A stretch of DNA of 64,000 nucleotides from Actinomycetes bacterium (GTDB taxonomy: Bacteria; Actinomycetota; Actinomycetes; S36-B12), in the NCBI GenBank assembly GCA_024639145.1, contig JAHEIZ010000005.1:4717-68716 (forward strand). Reading direction: 5' to 3'. The notes under the pieces were generated by a model, which saw only the letters and a list, made by a program, of their open reading frames with translations, was not told where the DNA came from and made no database searches. Made by a program: the position numbers and the translations under genes. This document shows, one piece after another, positions 18,968 through 27,636 of the stretch; within the stretch, counting starts at the first letter, position 1, and the number at the start of each line of letters is the position of its first letter.

Positions 18968-19909
18968 ATGGCACAAGCAGCTGCCAAGCGCGGATTGGGC
19001 AAGGGCCTGGGTGCCCTCATTCCCTCCACCCCCGAGGCCCAGGCCGCTCAGGTCATGGATTCCTCAGATTCCACTCCCGTGGCCGTACCGGGTGCGGTCT
19101 ACGCCGAACTCCCGATCGGCAGCATCGAGCCGAATCCACGGCAGCCGCGCAGCGTTTTCGACCCTGAGGCTCTCGCCGAACTCGTCCACTCAATCCGGGA
19201 GATCGGGCTGCTGCAGCCGGTCGTCGTGCGCGAGGCAGGCAATCACTACGAACTCATCGCGGGCGAGCGTCGACTTCGTGCATCCAAGGAAGCCGGTCTC
19301 ACTCACATCCCGGCCATCATCCGAGCCACCGATGATGACGATCTCTTGCGCGATGCACTTCTCGAGAACCTGCACCGATCGAATCTCAATGCACTCGAAG
19401 AGGCAGCGGCCTACTCGCAGTTGCTTGCCGATTTCGGCTGCACCCAAGAAGAGCTTGCGCAGCGCATCGGTCGTTCGCGACCACAGGTCTCGAACACACT
19501 GCGTCTTCTGAAGCTCCCGCCGGACGTGCAACGACGAGTTGCAGCAGGAGTTCTCAGCGCAGGTCATGCGCGCGCATTGCTCTCACTCGAAGATGCCGAC
19601 TCGATGAACGCACTCGCACAGCGCATCGTGAACGAGGGACTAAGCGTGCGCAATGTCGAGGAGATCATTCTTCTCGGACAAGGAAAGAGCAAGAAGAAGA
19701 GCAATAGCAAGGGAAAATCCCGCACTGACTCCCTGCAGGATCTCGTCGAGGAAGTTCAGGAACGACTCGGCGATGCACTCGACACGCGAGTCACGATCTC
19801 AGGTCTCCCGCGCTCGAACTCACGCGGAACGATAGTGATCGAGGCGGCCGATGCAGAGGACCTGCGCCGCATCGCGGAAGCGATAGCCGGCCCCGCACCT
19901 CGCCTGTAA
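18968..19909 (+). CDS. parB: chromosome partitioning protein ParB (Spo0J)
   Basis: ATG 18968 is 8 nt after ACGGAGG. Contains MAQAAAKRGLGKGLGALIP, the ParB box GERRLRAS, and the HTH TQEELAQRIGRSRPQVSNTLRLL. Confidence 0.92.
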   Translation: MAQAAAKRGLGKGLGALIPSTPEAQAAQVMDSSDSTPVAVPGAVYAELPIGSIEPNPRQPRSVFDPEALAELVHSIREIGLLQPVVVREAGNHYELIAGERRLRASKEAGLTHIPAIIRATDDDDLLRDALLENLHRSNLNALEEAAAYSQLLADFGCTQEELAQRIGRSRPQVSNTLRLLKLPPDVQRRVAAGVLSAGHARALLSLEDADSMNALAQRIVNEGLSVRNVEEIILLGQGKSKKKSNSKGKSRTDSLQDLVEEVQERLGDALDTRVTISGLPRSNSRGTIVIEAADAEDLRRIAEAIAGPAPRL

Positions 19910-20866
19910 TCAGGAGGAGTGACGCGCGATCGCACTGATCACGAGATCACGTGCGAGCTCACCGAGTCCAACATTCGCCTCGGCTAGCGCCTGCGGGAAC
20001 AGTGATGTCTCGGTCATTCCCGGTGCCACGTTCACCTCGAGGAACCATGGCGTGCCCGCGGCATCAACAATCAGATCGGTACGCGACCAGTCGCGTAGGC
20101 CGAGACCCGAATGTGCCTCCAGGGCCACGGCCGCCACGGCCTCAGCGACATCGGTCGCCAATCGCGCCGGGACGAAGAACTCGGTCGTCCCGGCGGTGTA
20201 CCTGGCGTTGTAGTCGTAGATGCCGGCCGGCGGAACGATCTCCACGGCCGGCAGAGCCATGGGCCCATCGACCGTGTCATAGACACAGACGGAAATCTCA
20301 GTTCCCGCGACGAAATGCTCCATCAGGGCCACCTCGCTGTAGGCGAAGGCACCGACCATTGCTGAGGGGAATTCGGCCGCAGCCCGCACAACCGAGGCGC
20401 CTAGGGCCGATCCACCCTTGGTGGGCTTCACGATCAAGGGCAGGCCAATGCGCGAGATCACGGCATTGAGCACCGGCTGGGCGCCCAGCTCTCGGAAGGT
20501 CGAGTGGGGCAGGGCGACCGAGGTCGGGGTGTTGACGCCAAAACCGGCCAGCAGGCTCTTGGCAATCGGCTTGTCGAAGGCGAGTCGGCACGCGTCACCC
20601 GTGGAACCGACGAAGGGAATCCGAAGCGACTCAAGCACATCCCGCAGGGAGCCGTCCTCTCCCGCGGCTCCGTGCAGCAGCGGGATCACGCAGGCGGGCG
20701 GATCCTGGCGGAACTCGTCGAGCAGTGCGGAGTCGACGTCAGCCTCGGTGACCTCGAAATCCGGAGCCGCTGCGCGCAGGGCCTCGGCGACGCGCCGGCC
20801 CGATCGAAGGGAGACATCACGCTCGGCGGAGAGGCCACCGGCAAGTACGACTACGCGAGTGCTCAC
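19910..20866 (-). CDS. ddl: D-alanine--D-alanine ligase
   Basis: 318 aa. Contains VVVLAGGLSAERDVSLRSG, HGAAGEDGSLRDVLE, IVKPTKGGSALG and LEVNVAPGMTETSLFP. GTG start. The stop abuts the parB stop, convergently. Confidence 0.85.
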   Translation of the reverse strand: MSTRVVVLAGGLSAERDVSLRSGRRVAEALRAAAPDFEVTEADVDSALLDEFRQDPPACVIPLLHGAAGEDGSLRDVLESLRIPFVGSTGDACRLAFDKPIAKSLLAGFGVNTPTSVALPHSTFRELGAQPVLNAVISRIGLPLIVKPTKGGSALGASVVRAAAEFPSAMVGAFAYSEVALMEHFVAGTEISVCVYDTVDGPMALPAVEIVPPAGIYDYNARYTAGTTEFFVPARLATDVAEAVAAVALEAHSGLGLRDWSRTDLIVDAAGTPWFLEVNVAPGMTETSLFPQALAEANVGLGELARDLVISAIARHSS

Positions 20867-20886
20867 GTGAGATCCCTTCGGTCGTG

Positions 20887-22218
20887 TCAGAGAACGTTGG
20901 GAGCCGGATTGACCGAGCCCGCGGAATCGAGAAGGACAGCGCCGGTACCGAATGTCTGCGCGATCTCGAGTTCAGACTCGATGACGCCCGCGAGACGACG
21001 CACGCCCTCGCGAATGCGATCGGGATCCGGGTAGCAGTACGACAGGCGAAGATTCTGGCGACCCTGGCCGTCGACATAGAAGCCAGTGCCCGGAACGTAC
21101 GCGACGAGCGCGGCAACAGCACGCGGCAGCATCGCCTTCGCGTCGAGGCCCTCGGGCAAGGTGATCCACGAGTAGAAACCGCCGGCCGGCACTGTCCAGG
21201 TGATGTCGGACGGAAACAGGGAGGTCATCGATTCGAGAAGTGCATCACGGCGATCGCGATAAAGATCGCGGAAGGTGCTGATCTGATCGCGCCACGGCTG
21301 TGTCGCAAGGTACTCGGAGACAGTGAGCTGTGCGTAGTTCGAGGGGCACAGAACGGCGGATTCCGCTGCAAGCACTAGCTTTTCCCGCACTCCGTGCGGG
21401 GCCACCGCCCAACCCACGCGGAGGCCGGAGGCAATCGTCTTCGAGAACGATCCGAGGTAGATGACGCCCTCGGCGTCATCTGCACGGATTGCGCGCGGCG
21501 GCTCACCGTCGAATCCGAGCAGGCCGTACGGGTCATCCTCGAGCAGCAGGATTCCCTCGCGCTGCGCGATGCGCAGGATCTCGGCGCGACGCTCTGGCCC
21601 CTGCGTGACACCGGCCGGGTTATGGAACGAAGGGATCGTGTAGATCATCTTGATGCGACGGCCCGAGGCCCGCACATCGCGAATTGCCTCCTCGAGAGCT
21701 GCGGGAGACAGGCCCTCGTCATCCATGGCGACATGCACGACACCGCACTCGTAGGCGCGAAAGACACCGAGTGCCCCGACATACGACGGTGCCTCGACGA
21801 GTACGACATCGCCCGGATCGCAGAACACGCGGGTGACGAGATCGAGCGCCATCTGCGAGCCCGTCGTGACGATGATGTCGTCAGGGTGCGCGGTGACCTT
21901 GACCTCTTCCATCACCTCAAGAATCTGCTCGCGCAAGGTGACATCACCCTGGCCGGAGCCGTACTGCAGCGCGGTGGCACCGCGCTCGCGGATCAGCTTC
22001 GCGACGGTATCGGCCATCATGTCCATCGACAGGGCCTGCACGAAGGGCATTCCGCCGGCGAGTGAGACGACCTCGGGGCGGGAGGCGACCGCGAACAGGG
22101 CGCGAATCTCGGAGGCCGTCATGCCCAGGGTGCGCTCCGCATAGGAATCAACCCAGGGATCCAGACGACTGCCGCTCATAGCGGACAACGATAGATGCTC
22201 GCCGAAATGACTAGTCAC
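20887..22218 (-). CDS. PLP-dependent aminotransferase (class I/II fold, 2-aminoadipate/MocR-C-terminal-like)
   Basis: PLP-lysine context GSFSKTIASGLRVGWAVAP. The start is uncertain: GTG 22218 or ATG 22179, neither with a clear SD. Confidence 0.75.
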   Translation of the reverse strand: MTSHFGEHLSLSAMSGSRLDPWVDSYAERTLGMTASEIRALFAVASRPEVVSLAGGMPFVQALSMDMMADTVAKLIRERGATALQYGSGQGDVTLREQILEVMEEVKVTAHPDDIIVTTGSQMALDLVTRVFCDPGDVVLVEAPSYVGALGVFRAYECGVVHVAMDDEGLSPAALEEAIRDVRASGRRIKMIYTIPSFHNPAGVTQGPERRAEILRIAQREGILLLEDDPYGLLGFDGEPPRAIRADDAEGVIYLGSFSKTIASGLRVGWAVAPHGVREKLVLAAESAVLCPSNYAQLTVSEYLATQPWRDQISTFRDLYRDRRDALLESMTSLFPSDITWTVPAGGFYSWITLPEGLDAKAMLPRAVAALVAYVPGTGFYVDGQGRQNLRLSYCYPDPDRIREGVRRLAGVIESELEIAQTFGTGAVLLDSAGSVNPAPNVL

Positions 22219-22246
22219 CGGGCGTTCAGCGCGCGAGGATGGTCAC

Positions 22247-22384
22247 ATGCGAAAGGTGATCCTCTGGGGAGTCGTCCTACTGGGACTCGGCGTGGTCGCG
22301 GGCTTCGTGGGTCGCCTGGTGTGGCCCAATGACGATTCGTCGTGGAATGAGCTCGAGGGCTCGCCCGATCGTTACCCCGCCTGA
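22247..22384 (+). CDS. hypothetical 45-aa membrane peptide (weak call)
   Basis: Below the track cutoff. ATG 22247 is 7 nt after GAGGA and gives MRKVILWGVVLLGLGVVAGFVGRLVWPNDDSSWNELEGSPDRYPA. It fills an otherwise empty 170-nt gap. Confidence 0.25.
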   Translation: MRKVILWGVVLLGLGVVAGFVGRLVWPNDDSSWNELEGSPDRYPA

Positions 22385-22388
22385 CGTC

Positions 22389-23585
22389 TCACAGCAAGCG
22401 ATTATCGACTGACCAGGAATCGCCGTAAGTCACGATCGCGCGTATGCACGCCCAACCCCCTGCACCTGAGTTCGGCCAGGGCTCCCAGGCGCGCTGCCAC
22501 CCGCCCGTTACGCCCGTTCCGTAGGCATAGGGCGCATCAGTGAGATTCGCGCAGGTGCCGTCGGCCCCGAGCGGCAGACCCTGGCGAATAATCGTGGCAT
22601 CGCCGGTAATCGGCGAGAGCTCGGCAACGGCAGTCATCACGTCGCCGTTCTGGCTCACGGCCACGAAGATCCCGTTGCCGTATGTCACGTCGCGCCAGTT
22701 GATCGTCGAAGTAGGCGTTCCGGTGCGCCAGGTGATGCCATCCGTGCTGGTCATCACCGCACCACCGCCATCCGTGGCATTCGCACCTCCGGCGACGGCC
22801 GTCCAGATCCCGTTTCCGTAAGCGACGGAACGCCATTCGGCAGAAGACGAGGCCTGCTGCGCATTCCACGTCACTCCGTCCGCGCTGGTCATGACCTGGC
22901 TCACTCCGTCGGTGGAGACTGCGACGAATTGACCGTTCCCGAAGGTGACGTCGTACCAGCCGTTCGCATCAACAGTGCCAGCAGCATTCCACGTGGTTCC
23001 GTCCGAACTCCACAGCGCTTGCTGCGTGCCATTGTTTGACCCGACTGCGACATATATGCCATTGCCGTACGCGACCCCGCGCAGGTTGCTCGTGCCCACC
23101 TGGTTGCGAGTAGTCCAGGTGCTGCCGTCGCTGCTCGTCAGGATCTTGTTTCCTGATCCACCGACGGCCACGTACAGCCCGCCGCCATGCGTCACCGAGT
23201 AGTAGTTGTCGGTTGTCCCCGAGGTGCGCGCGGTCCAGGTAACTCCGTCGGGGCTGGTCATGATGGCGCCTGTGGCTCCGACCGCGACGAAGAGATTGTT
23301 CCCGAAAGCGACGTCCCTGAACTTGGCGCTGCTCGCAGGATTCCGGGCCGTCCAGGTAACTCCGTCGGGGCTGGTCATGACGGATGTCGGACCGGACTGC
23401 GGATAGGAGACCGCGACGAAGACGCCGTTGCCGTAGGCGATTCCGTCCCAGATGGCCGCTCCCGCGGGAGTACGTGCCACCCAGGTAAGCGTCCCGCCAC
23501 CAGCCTGCGCAGTAGGCGCCAACGCGAACAGGGCAGCGAGAGAAACAAGTGAGGAAATAAGGATGTTCAGGGCGCGACGGGGCAT
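22389..23585 (-). CDS. secreted seven-bladed beta-propeller repeat protein (Asp-box/BNR-like) with unassigned Cys/Trp-rich C-terminal domain
   Basis: Signal peptide MPRRALNILISSLVSLAALFALAPTAQA. Seven repeats follow the pattern [ST]S.DG.TW...W..V.YGNG.FVAV. The C-terminal ~85 aa matches no motif I recognise. Confidence 0.7.
   Translation of the reverse strand: MPRRALNILISSLVSLAALFALAPTAQAGGGTLTWVARTPAGAAIWDGIAYGNGVFVAVSYPQSGPTSVMTSPDGVTWTARNPASSAKFRDVAFGNNLFVAVGATGAIMTSPDGVTWTARTSGTTDNYYSVTHGGGLYVAVGGSGNKILTSSDGSTWTTRNQVGTSNLRGVAYGNGIYVAVGSNNGTQQALWSSDGTTWNAAGTVDANGWYDVTFGNGQFVAVSTDGVSQVMTSADGVTWNAQQASSSAEWRSVAYGNGIWTAVAGGANATDGGGAVMTSTDGITWRTGTPTSTINWRDVTYGNGIFVAVSQNGDVMTAVAELSPITGDATIIRQGLPLGADGTCANLTDAPYAYGTGVTGGWQRAWEPWPNSGAGGWACIRAIVTYGDSWSVDNRLL
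23233..23380 (-). repeat. intragenic perfect 31-bp direct repeat, one blade (117 bp) apart
   Basis: GTCCAGGTAACTCCGTCGGGGCTGGTCATGA occurs at 23233..23263 and 23350..23380. Both copies encode MTSPDGVTWTAR of adjacent blades. Confidence 0.9.
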
Positions 23586-23604
23586 GGCGCCAATGGTGCC
23601 ACCT

Positions 23605-24645
23605 CTAGCCAGGAGCGCAGAAGGAACTCAGTGCGCGCGAAATCGCTTCGGAGACTGCGTCAATGAAGGCAGCGTCAGCGTGCAGTGCTGCGTCACCCGA
23701 ATTCGAGGCGTAGCCGAGGTCGATGCGCACGGTAGGCATCCGGGTCATTCGCAGCAGGTCCCAGGTGCGCGGATGCGATCTGCAGTCAAGCAGTGCGGTC
23801 TGGGCGAGAAGCTCATCTTGAATTCGCTCGGCAAGTGCACGACCGCCGGTGGAATGAACTCCTCCGTGAGGATCACCGAAGTAGAAGGTAGCGAGGCCAT
23901 TGGGGCGCGTACTCGTGGCACTGTCCACATGAATGGCGATGACGAGATCGGCCTGCACTCGATTGGCGAAGTCGGCGCGGTCATGCTCACTACTCAGAGT
24001 TGACGCGACCGCGCCATGAGTGAGCAGCACCTGAGTACCGAGGGCGGCGAGACGGCCTTCGACTCGCACGGCCACGGCATGGCACAGCTCACCAGAGGGC
24101 TCAGTGCCCGGATCGATGACGATCACCTTGTCGGCGATTCCGCTGCGCAGATCGCTCAGGGTGACGTGCTCGCGCAGGATGGAGGAGTTTCCTCCGCTGA
24201 CTGCCCTGACCAGGCGCTCGAAGGCGCGGAAGGTGTCAGGCCCGCAGATGCCGTCGGGGTTCACGCCGCAACCACGCTGGAATTCGCGAACCGCCGAGTC
24301 GGTATTCGGTCCGAACATGCCATCGGCACGACCCGAGTCGAAGCCGAGCTGGTTGAGGCGACGCTGCAATTCGGCGACATCGTCGCCGCGCATCAGCGTG
24401 CCGGGCACGAATTGCAGCACTCGATCACCGAGCTGCCAGCGCGCCTCATCGAGACGCCGGAAGGTGTCAGGCCCGACGATGCCATCGGCAGTCAGGCCAC
24501 GCTCCTGCTGGAATGTGCGAACTGCAACATCGCAATCGTCATCGAACACATCACTGTGATCGGTGTCGCTGAGGAGTCCCAGGTGCGCCAGCCGTGCGCG
24601 CACCTCCGCGACGGCCGCCCCGGTAGACCCAAGGCGGAGAAGCAC
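23605..24645 (-). CDS. cwlM: CwlM-like N-acetylmuramoyl-L-alanine amidase-fold protein with two peptidoglycan-binding domains
   Basis: GTG 24645 overlaps the trxA TAG (TAGTG). PG_binding_1-like segments LRLGSTGAAVAEVRARLAHLGLL and MRGDDVAELQRRLNQLGFDSGRADGMFGPNTDSAVREFQ. Amidase_3-like C-terminal half. Conserved position after trxB-trxA. Confidence 0.8.
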   Translation of the reverse strand: MLLRLGSTGAAVAEVRARLAHLGLLSDTDHSDVFDDDCDVAVRTFQQERGLTADGIVGPDTFRRLDEARWQLGDRVLQFVPGTLMRGDDVAELQRRLNQLGFDSGRADGMFGPNTDSAVREFQRGCGVNPDGICGPDTFRAFERLVRAVSGGNSSILREHVTLSDLRSGIADKVIVIDPGTEPSGELCHAVAVRVEGRLAALGTQVLLTHGAVASTLSSEHDRADFANRVQADLVIAIHVDSATSTRPNGLATFYFGDPHGGVHSTGGRALAERIQDELLAQTALLDCRSHPRTWDLLRMTRMPTVRIDLGYASNSGDAALHADAAFIDAVSEAISRALSSFCAPG

Positions 24646-24965
24646 TACAGGTACGGAGCGAGATCCGCGAGGAGTGCGGCCTTCGGCTTCGCGCCGATGA
24701 TCGACTTCACGATCTGGCCTCCCTGGAAGATGTGCAGGGTCGGGATGCTCGTGATGCCGTAGGAGGCCGGGGTTGCCGGGTTCTCGTCGACGTTCATCTT
24801 TGCGATGGTGATGCCGTCGTTCTCGGCTGCGATTTCCTCGAGAATCGGGGCGACCATCTTGCACGGGCCGCACCACTCGGCCCAGAAGTCGACGACGACA
24901 GGCTTCGTGCTCATCAGCACGTCATCGGCGAAGCTCGCGTCGGTGACCTTCTTGGTTGCTCCCAT
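24645..24965 (-). CDS. trxA: thioredoxin
   Basis: 106 aa with active site WAEWCGPCKM. Confidence 0.95.
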   Translation of the reverse strand: MGATKKVTDASFADDVLMSTKPVVVDFWAEWCGPCKMVAPILEEIAAENDGITIAKMNVDENPATPASYGITSIPTLHIFQGGQIVKSIIGAKPKAALLADLAPYL

Positions 24966-25035
24966 GGCTTTCTCCTTCTGTGTGGTCTAGAGAGTACGGG
25001 TGAAACGGGGGCTCTGCTCGAATCAGGGACGTGCG

Positions 25036-25968
25036 TTATTCGGATGCGGCCAGGAATCTCTCGGCATCGAGGGCCGCGGCGCAGCCGGAGCCCGCGGCGG
25101 TGATGGCCTGGCGGTAGGAGTGATCGATGAGGTCGCCGCAGGCGAATACCCCTTCGAGGTCCGTCTGCGAGGTGCGGTCCTTCACGAGCACGTAGCCCTC
25201 GGCGTCGATGTCGACCTGGCCCTTGACGAGCTCGGAGCGCGGGTCATGACCGATGGCGATGAACAATCCGGTCGCCGGCAGCTCGCGCTTCTCGCCCGTG
25301 ACCGTGTCTTCCAGAACCAGCGCCGAGACCTTCTGATCACCGAGAACATCGACCACCTGTGAGTTCCAGGCGAATTTCATCTTCTCGTTGGCGAGGGCGC
25401 GCTCCTGCATGATCTTGCTGCCGCGCAGCTCGTCGCGACGGTGCACCAAGGTCACCGACTTCGCGAAGCGGGTGAGGAAGGTGGCCTCCTCGAGCGCGGA
25501 GTCGCCGCCGCCGACCACCGCGATGTCCTGATCGCGGAAGAAGAAGCCATCGCAGGTGGCACACCAGGAAACGCCGCGGCCGGAGAGTCGCTTCTCGTTC
25601 TCGAGGCCGAGCTCGCGGTAGCCGGAGCCCATCGCGAGGATGACGGCGCGTGCCTGGTGCGTGTTGCCTGAGCCGTCAGTGACGACCTTGATCGGGCCGG
25701 TGAGATCAACACTGACGATGTCATCGGTGATGAGCTCGGCACCGAAGCGCACAGCCTGTGCCCGCATGTTCTCCATGAGCGCGGGACCCATGATGCCCTC
25801 GGTGAAGCCGGGGAAGTTCTCAACCTCAGTCGTGTTCATCAGCGCACCGCCGGCAGTGACCGAGCCCTCGAAGAGCAGAGGCGCCAGCTGGGCACGTGCC
25901 GCGTAGACGGCAGCCGTGTAGCCGGCAGGGCCTGAGCCGATGATGATGACGTTGCGGATGTCGCTCAC
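25036..25968 (-). CDS. trxB: thioredoxin-disulfide reductase
   Basis: 310 aa. FAD motif [13 protein letters not shown], redox CATCDG, NADPH motif [15 protein letters not shown] 25968 follows GAAGGA. Confidence 0.95.
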   Translation of the reverse strand: MSDIRNVIIIGSGPAGYTAAVYAARAQLAPLLFEGSVTAGGALMNTTEVENFPGFTEGIMGPALMENMRAQAVRFGAELITDDIVSVDLTGPIKVVTDGSGNTHQARAVILAMGSGYRELGLENEKRLSGRGVSWCATCDGFFFRDQDIAVVGGGDSALEEATFLTRFAKSVTLVHRRDELRGSKIMQERALANEKMKFAWNSQVVDVLGDQKVSALVLEDTVTGEKRELPATGLFIAIGHDPRSELVKGQVDIDAEGYVLVKDRTSQTDLEGVFACGDLIDHSYRQAITAAGSGCAAALDAERFLAASE

Positions 25969-26025
25969 TGAGTTCCTTCATTCGCCTTCGGGCACGGATC
26001 ATCACTGCGAATCCGTAGTCGGTAG

Positions 26026-26051
26026 AACGATTCTAGGGCGTGGCCTATTCC
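26026..26051 (-). promoter_or_regulatory. SigR/SigH-type ECF promoter (GGAAT-N18-GTT) upstream of trxB-trxA
   Basis: Minus strand reads GGAAT (26051..26047), then exactly 18 nt, then GTT (26028..26026), about 58 nt upstream of the trxB GTG. This matches the published consensus for thiol-stress ECF sigma promoters of thioredoxin operons. Confidence 0.55.
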
Positions 26052-26105
26052 TCGGCCGTGTCCAGGAGCCCAGGCCGCGGACAACTCAGCGTGACGCGGA
26101 GACGA

Positions 26106-26888
26106 CTACCAGGAGACGGAGACCGCAAGCGGCTCAGCGCCCTCGGCGTTCATGACCGGCGTGCAGGTGGGATCGACGACCCAGACGGCAAGATCCCCCT
26201 TGGGCGTTGCTACAAGTGCAGCGGGCGTGACCATCGAGGGCATCTCGTGATCCCAGGTCGAGATCACGATGAGCCCCGCCGGCTGGCCGGCGAAGCTTCC
26301 GCGATCGACAACGAGGGCATGACCATCAGGAGTCCCGGCCAGGGTCTGAACACAGGTCCGCAGACTGCCCATATCGGACATGAAGTCATTGCCGTCGAGA
26401 GGAGTTACCGCCTGCTGAGGCATCGCGTCGATGTCCGCGGCCTTTGCAACTCCGAGCCTGTCGCGGAACACGGAGGTGATCTGCGAGCCGAGCGAGGTAG
26501 CCGAGTAGTCGGTGCCACTGGCCAGCAGGCGCGAGGTCGGCAGGTCGGCACCCGACTTCACCATCATGGAGTCGGCAGCGGGCGGCTGCTCACCACCGGC
26601 GATGGGAGCAGGAGCCTGTGACGTATTCGAGACGAGAAGGCCTCCGACGACGACCACCGCCGCTGCCGCGGCGATACCCGCCACCCAGCGGCCACGATGA
26701 GGACGACGCGAGGTAAGCGGAACCACGACACGCTCGACCTCGAGGGCGTTCTCCAGACGGGCCCAGACCTCCGGCGGCATCGGGATCTCGGGGGTGTCGG
26801 CCAGGGAATCGGTGCTCTCGCGAAGGAGGTCTGCCACCCAGGCGTCGTCGGCACTGTCGTCGGCTACGGAGTGCAGGTGATCAGCCAT
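26106..26888 (-). CDS. putative membrane anti-sigma factor (RsmA/Rv3912-position)
   Basis: ATG 26888 overlaps the sigma-factor stop (ATGGCTGA). It has a short cytoplasmic N-terminus, one TM segment (WVAGIAAAAAVVVVGGLLV) and an extracytoplasmic domain. No HxxxCxxC zinc motif. The call rests on position and topology. Confidence 0.55.
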   Translation of the reverse strand: MADHLHSVADDSADDAWVADLLRESTDSLADTPEIPMPPEVWARLENALEVERVVVPLTSRRPHRGRWVAGIAAAAAVVVVGGLLVSNTSQAPAPIAGGEQPPAADSMMVKSGADLPTSRLLASGTDYSATSLGSQITSVFRDRLGVAKAADIDAMPQQAVTPLDGNDFMSDMGSLRTCVQTLAGTPDGHALVVDRGSFAGQPAGLIVISTWDHEMPSMVTPAALVATPKGDLAVWVVDPTCTPVMNAEGAEPLAVSVSW

Positions 26889-27564
26889 CTGTGTGGTTCC
26901 CCCCCTTCGGGTGTCGGTCGGATTGAGTCGAGTTCGAGGTTTGCCCAGGCGACGCCAGGGGTATGACGGGGGATTCGGGGTCGGGGTTCCGCAAGTAGGC
27001 AAGTCGTTTGGCCAATTTGGCGCGTCCGCGCGAGCAACGGCTCTTCACCGTGCCGGCCGGGCACCCGAGCATCAAGGCAGCTTGATCGACTGACCACCCC
27101 TCGATATCCACCAAGGCGACTGCTTCGCGCTGATCCTCGGGCAGTTCGGCCAATGCCGAGGCAATGTCGAGCTGGAGTTCTCGCCGGGCAATGCGGTCCT
27201 CGGGATCAGGGAGCGGGATCCCTGTCTCCTCCTCGACTGGCAGCGGCACGGTCGGACGCGTGCTGCGACGGCGCATGCGATCCAGGCAGGCATTCACCAC
27301 GATCCTGTGCAGCCAGGTAGTGACCTGCGAATCGCCGCGGAATTGCGAGGCCCGACGGTAGGCAGAGATCAGGGCATCCTGCAGGGCGTCGGCCGCATCC
27401 TCGGGATCACCGGTCGTCTTGAGTGCGACAGCCCAGAGGCGATCGCGATGACGACGCACGATCTCGGTGAAGGCATCGGGGTGACCGGCGACATGGGCGG
27501 CCAGCAGCTCGCCGTCGCTTGCGGAGTCGAGGACGAGTACCTCGGGGCCGTCGGACACGGTCAC
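26881..27564 (-). CDS. sigM: ECF RNA polymerase sigma factor (SigM-like)
   Basis: 227 aa. Region 2 FTEIVRRHRDRLWAVALKTTGDPEDAADALQDALISAYR. Region 4 EDQREAVALVDIEGWSVDQAALMLGCPAGTVKSRCSRGRAKL. Confidence 0.85.
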   Translation of the reverse strand: MTVSDGPEVLVLDSASDGELLAAHVAGHPDAFTEIVRRHRDRLWAVALKTTGDPEDAADALQDALISAYRRASQFRGDSQVTTWLHRIVVNACLDRMRRRSTRPTVPLPVEEETGIPLPDPEDRIARRELQLDIASALAELPEDQREAVALVDIEGWSVDQAALMLGCPAGTVKSRCSRGRAKLAKRLAYLRNPDPESPVIPLASPGQTSNSTQSDRHPKGGNHTDG

Positions 27565-27636
27565 AATCTAGGGGTACTCACAAGGACTGAGTGGTGATGC
27601 CTCGCTGACTGTGGGGCGCGCCTCGCTCGCTTCTTG

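Noticed and set aside
25000-25006. GTGAAAC half-site in the trxB-trxA spacer, and GTTTCAC inside the cca gene near 31880, considered as extra parS sites
   Set aside because: Only one half of the palindrome is present in each. They are not credible ParB sites.
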